Shown: one piece after another, positions 62,927-64,000 of the stretch | Numbering within the stretch: position 1 is the stretch's first letter | Layout of the letters: each line of letters opens with the position of its first letter | Assembly: GCA_038225185.1 (NCBI GenBank) | Contig: JBBRFA010000003.1 | Location: 10,430-74,429 of the forward strand | Source of the DNA: Chthoniobacterales bacterium | GTDB lineage: Bacteria; Verrucomicrobiota; Verrucomicrobiia; Chthoniobacterales; DASVRZ01 | Direction: 5' to 3' | DNA: 64,000 nt | Translations under genes and position numbers: made by a program | Notes under the pieces: model-generated | Told to the model about the DNA's origin: nothing | Databases searched by the model: none | Seen by the model: only the letters and a program-made list of their open reading frames with translations

Positions 62927-64000
62927 ACGCCATCGCGGGTGCATTGCGGGTCGGCGACGGCGTGGGCGCCACCGGCAGTGCCATCGTGCAGCTCAACGCC
63001 GCGAATCAGGTCATCAATAGCTCCGCCATCTCGATCTACAGCGACGGTATCCTGCGAGTGCAGGGAAATAACGAGACCGTGGGAGCAGTGACCCTCTTCG
63101 GCGGCTCCATCACCGGCAGCGCGACCTTGGGGCTGGGAGGCACGCTCACTTTTGGCGTCTCTGGCACCACCGCAGGCAATATCGACGCCAATCTGGCCCT
63201 GAATGCCTCACGTATTTTCAACATCGGCAACAACACCAACCAGGCCACCGACCTCTCCATCAACGGCAGTCTCTCCGACGGTGCCGCCCCCAGCACGATC
63301 ACCAAGACCGGCACCGGCACAGTCCTTTTTGCCGGAGCCAATACCTTCACCGGCGGATTACTTATCAACGCAGGCACCCTGCTCGCCAGGTCCAATGCCG
63401 CCCTCGGCACCGCAGCCGTGCAGCTCGGCGATACCACGGGCAACACGGCAGCCACCCTGCTTTTCAGCAACACCAGCGGTCTCACCATATCCAACGCCAT
63501 CAGCGCCCGCACCGGTAGCAGCGGCACATTGATCATCGGCGGGCAAAACACCAGCGGGGTGAATACTCTAACCGGCGTGATAGCACTGGGCCGCACCGTC
63601 ACGTTCACGGCGGCGACCGGCGGCCAGGTGGACTTAAACGGGGTCGTTTCAGGAGCAGGCGGCCTCACAAAAACCGGCGGTGGCACAGTGAGGTTGGGGA
63701 ACACCAGCACCTACAGCGGAGCCACCTCGGTCACCGCCGGCACCTTTGCCGCCGGTGCGGTGGGTAGTTTCTCGGCCAGCTCCGCGATGAGCATCTCCAG
63801 CGGGGCGATTCTCGATTTGCAAGGCTTCAACAACATCGTCGCCTCCCTCGCTGGTGCAGGCATGGTTGCCCTCGGCGGCAGCATCCTCACCGCCGGTGGC
63901 AACAACGCCACCACCACTTTCTCTGGCGTCCTCAGTGGACTCGGCGGCCTCACTAAAAACGGCACCGGGATCCTCACCCTCAGCGGCATAAACACCTACA
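62923..64000 (+). CDS. Continuation of the PATR repeat protein in frame 1 (runs off the window; no start codon of its own)
   Basis: Manual translation of frame 1 from 62893 to 64000 has no stop and reads VNAIAGALRVGDG...TKTGTGTVLFAGANTFTGGLLINAGTLLARSNAALGTAAVQLGD...LTKNGTGILTLSGINTY. It is not in the ORF track, and the minus-strand ORFs here are shadows. Confidence 0.75.

Noticed and set aside
63036-63995. Minus-strand ORFs (224 aa and 94 aa), the only ORFs listed in the track for the last kilobase
   Set aside because: They are Pro/Val/Ala-rich shadows. The plus strand in frame 1 is open throughout and encodes recognisable PATR repeats continuing from the upstream gene.
1-64000. Search for tRNA or rRNA genes, transposases, integrases, phage or defence-system genes
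   Set aside because: None was recognised in any intergenic gap or ORF. The gaps are short or filled by the repeats and hairpins listed above. No nuclease, ATPase or recombinase motifs were noticed outside housekeeping genes.

Overview
This is a 64-kb chromosomal segment, most consistent with a Verrucomicrobiota genome. The pointers are a PEP-CTERM protein, a giant autotransporter-associated beta-strand-repeat (PATR) protein, a MurC-MurB fusion and the dcw gene order. I call about 60 protein genes. I recognised no rRNA, tRNA, CRISPR array, transposase or integrase. The centre (33.7-52.4 kb) is a complete, tightly packed dcw cluster: mraZ-rsmH-ftsL-ftsI-murE-murF-mraY-murD-(LysM gene)-ftsW-murG-murC/murB fusion-ddl-ftsQ-ftsA-ftsZ. 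Flanking it are housekeeping genes (pfkA, purD, lysA, ald, glgP, fur, ilvB, lhgO, aroE, gltX, hisD, manC-like, ruvX) and small regulated units (a LysR regulator diverging from a YugP-like peptidase, and an AraC regulator diverging from a GH4 hydrolase). The left end is more accessory: the 3' end of an FhaB-like adhesin gene, a Sel1-repeat gene, two tandem paralogous ~700-aa polytopic membrane proteins, and a PEP-CTERM plus PBP-like secreted pair. The best candidate for something undescribed is that tandem membrane pair (1814-6162), whose conserved motif layout resembles STT3/PglB/AglB oligosaccharyltransferases without matching a family I can name. Other points worth a second look: (1) a family of intergenic elements built from 9-10 bp tandem words with a compensating inverted tail; (2) an S41 peptidase homologue whose catalytic Ser and Lys appear replaced; (3) a bitopic LysM protein translationally coupled inside the dcw cluster; (4) a lipoprotein with RYRDD-type repeats; (5) two apparent 1-nt homopolymer frameshifts, one in a kinase-like gene and one in the PATR gene. 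All functional calls rest on motif recognition by eye, since no database search was possible.
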